Assembly: GCA_028534125.1 (NCBI GenBank)
Contig: CM052832.1
Location: 4,092,001 to 4,156,000 of the forward strand
Source: Lama glama
Lineage: Eukaryota
Reading direction: 5' to 3'
DNA length: 64,000 nucleotides
The translations under genes were made by a program, and so were the position numbers. Shown here one piece after another: positions 62,414 to 64,000 of this stretch. Each line of letters begins with the position of its first letter. The stretch's first letter is position 1. A model generated the notes under the pieces. That model did no database searches, was not told the origin of the DNA, and was given only the letters and a program-made list of their open reading frames with translations.

Positions 62414-63699
62414 CTTGAACTCTAGAGGTTGGATGACTTCTGCCTGTGAGTTAACTATGAATTAAAGAATAGTTCATTTGTCTGAGTTTTATTTTAATCA
62501 CATACATCTAGCTCAGTCATTAAGAATATCTGGATCCAGACACAGGAACTGAATATTATTCCATCTCAAAATGCAAATATTTGGCCAGCGAGACAGCCCA
62601 GGCTGACTGATTTTAGATCAAAGTCTGATTTTCTTTGAATTTTTTTAAATAACTGAAAACAAGGAAATCTCTTTCATTTGCAGTCGTTGCTTGAACTGTT
62701 CCAATGAGCCTGGTGCGACTGGTTAAGTTCACACATGTTCTAACTCTAACAAACCTGTCACGTGTAAGTGCAAACATATGGTAAATCATCGTGTGTAGCA
62801 ACTACAGTTTGAGGTTTCAGCAAATACACTGGAAGCGTCACATCAGAAAATGCTACGCTCAGAAGGCATCGCCCTGCAGTTGATACGTGCATCCCCAAAA
62901 CGCATCCCTGTTCGGCGCACAGTTGTCATTCCTCCCTGCAGATGTCTCTACATTCTTTTCAATATCTTCAAATGTATTCTCTGTGAGGAGTTTTCTAGGG
63001 TCAATTGTTAGTTCATTACATTCAATCTGATTGAATGTGACAAAAAATGCTCACATCATGTGACAGAATAGAGATGAACAACGCAGAAACCTGCCCAAAG
63101 GTGGATAGTCATCTGGATAAAAATTTACCTGGTTAAAATCTAGGTGCCATCATAATTCTTAAGCTAACAGCCCCGTGTGCCTTAAAAATTGAAACTGACG
63201 GTTCCTTCCAAAGTGGAGCTCAAAAAATATGCCCAAGGTCATTAGACCGGCCACACAGGATGCTGTGCATTTAAAACTCTACCTTCTGGTAGAGCTCCCT
63301 TGGAAATCAATTCTACTGTGTTGTAGTCCCATTTTGTATTTGTCTCCACACAATTTGCTTCTTGGCTTTATTTGCTTCTGATTTGCAGGGTACACATTTT
63401 ACTCCCGAAAGACCCTGCAGAACAAAGTGGTCCCCTCACTCTGAGCTCAAATGAACTGATGTGAACCTCGGCAGAGGCTTCAAGAATCTGGCAGACTAGA
63501 GACGCAGAGCTGTCGAGCTGAACACTGCCCGGGACGCCAACTTACAGCAGGAACCGTGAGGGCACAGGTGATCTGTCTTCTCTTCGGCTCACCAAGCCGT
63601 CACGATTACTTGTATAAGCACTGATGACCAAAGAGTAAGGGGAAGTTTTCCTCCATGTAGCAAATGAGACCAGAGGAAAGGACCAGTGGAAAGGCTCAG

Positions 63700-63815
63700 A
63701 CCAAGGAGCCAAGAAGCCTCTATTCTGGGCAACTCTGCAAATTCCCAGCTGTGTAGTTTTGGGCAAATCACTTGATATCACTGAGCCTGAGTATCTTCAT
63801 CTATAAAATAAAGAC
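63700..63815 (+). mobile_element. MIR fragment
   Basis: cagctgtgtagttttgggcaaatcacttgatatcactgagcctgagtatcttcatctataaaat. Confidence 0.65.
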
Positions 63816-64000
63816 GTTCAGCTTGTTAACATATATCATTCTTTTCACTTAACATCTTGTATTGTTTTAAGGAATCAGTTGGAAAGTGATCTCCTATAAA
63901 AGATACCAAAGCTAAGAAATTCAGCAGCCTGACTGAAAGAAGCTGGACTGGAGACAGCTTCCAGCTTCAGAAGTCTGGATTCAAGACAGAAGTTGACTTA

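Noticed and set aside
1-64000. Assignment of a host gene symbol
   Set aside because: No peptide or UTR sequence was recognised with enough certainty. A BLASTN/liftover to an annotated mammal is needed.

Overview
Mammalian genomic DNA, almost certainly camelid: it carries five copies of a tRNA-derived SINE with the Vic-1-like architecture and many cetartiodactyl-type L1 3' ends. The window has ten N gaps. I recognise no host protein-coding exon; the only identifiable peptide is a dead L1 ORF2 C-terminal fragment (about 23.17-23.33 kb). It reads as non-coding, regulatory-type sequence. CpG-rich patches lie at about 7.4-8.9 kb (partly hidden by gaps), 21.5-21.7 kb, 32.4-33.0 kb and 38.1-38.5 kb. 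A chain of candidate minus-strand exons with good splice sites runs from about 8.2 kb off the left edge and may be the 5'UTR of a gene or a lncRNA. The rest is a dense background of MIR, L2, old L1, hAT/Tigger MITE and ERVL/MaLR LTR relics. Repeat family names come from recalled consensus similarity, not from a search, and old-repeat boundaries are approximate. I cannot name the host gene, and I found no convincing novel biological system. The best leads are the exon chain, a 24-nt microexon candidate, a nested palindromic tandem, and candidate enhancer motif clusters.
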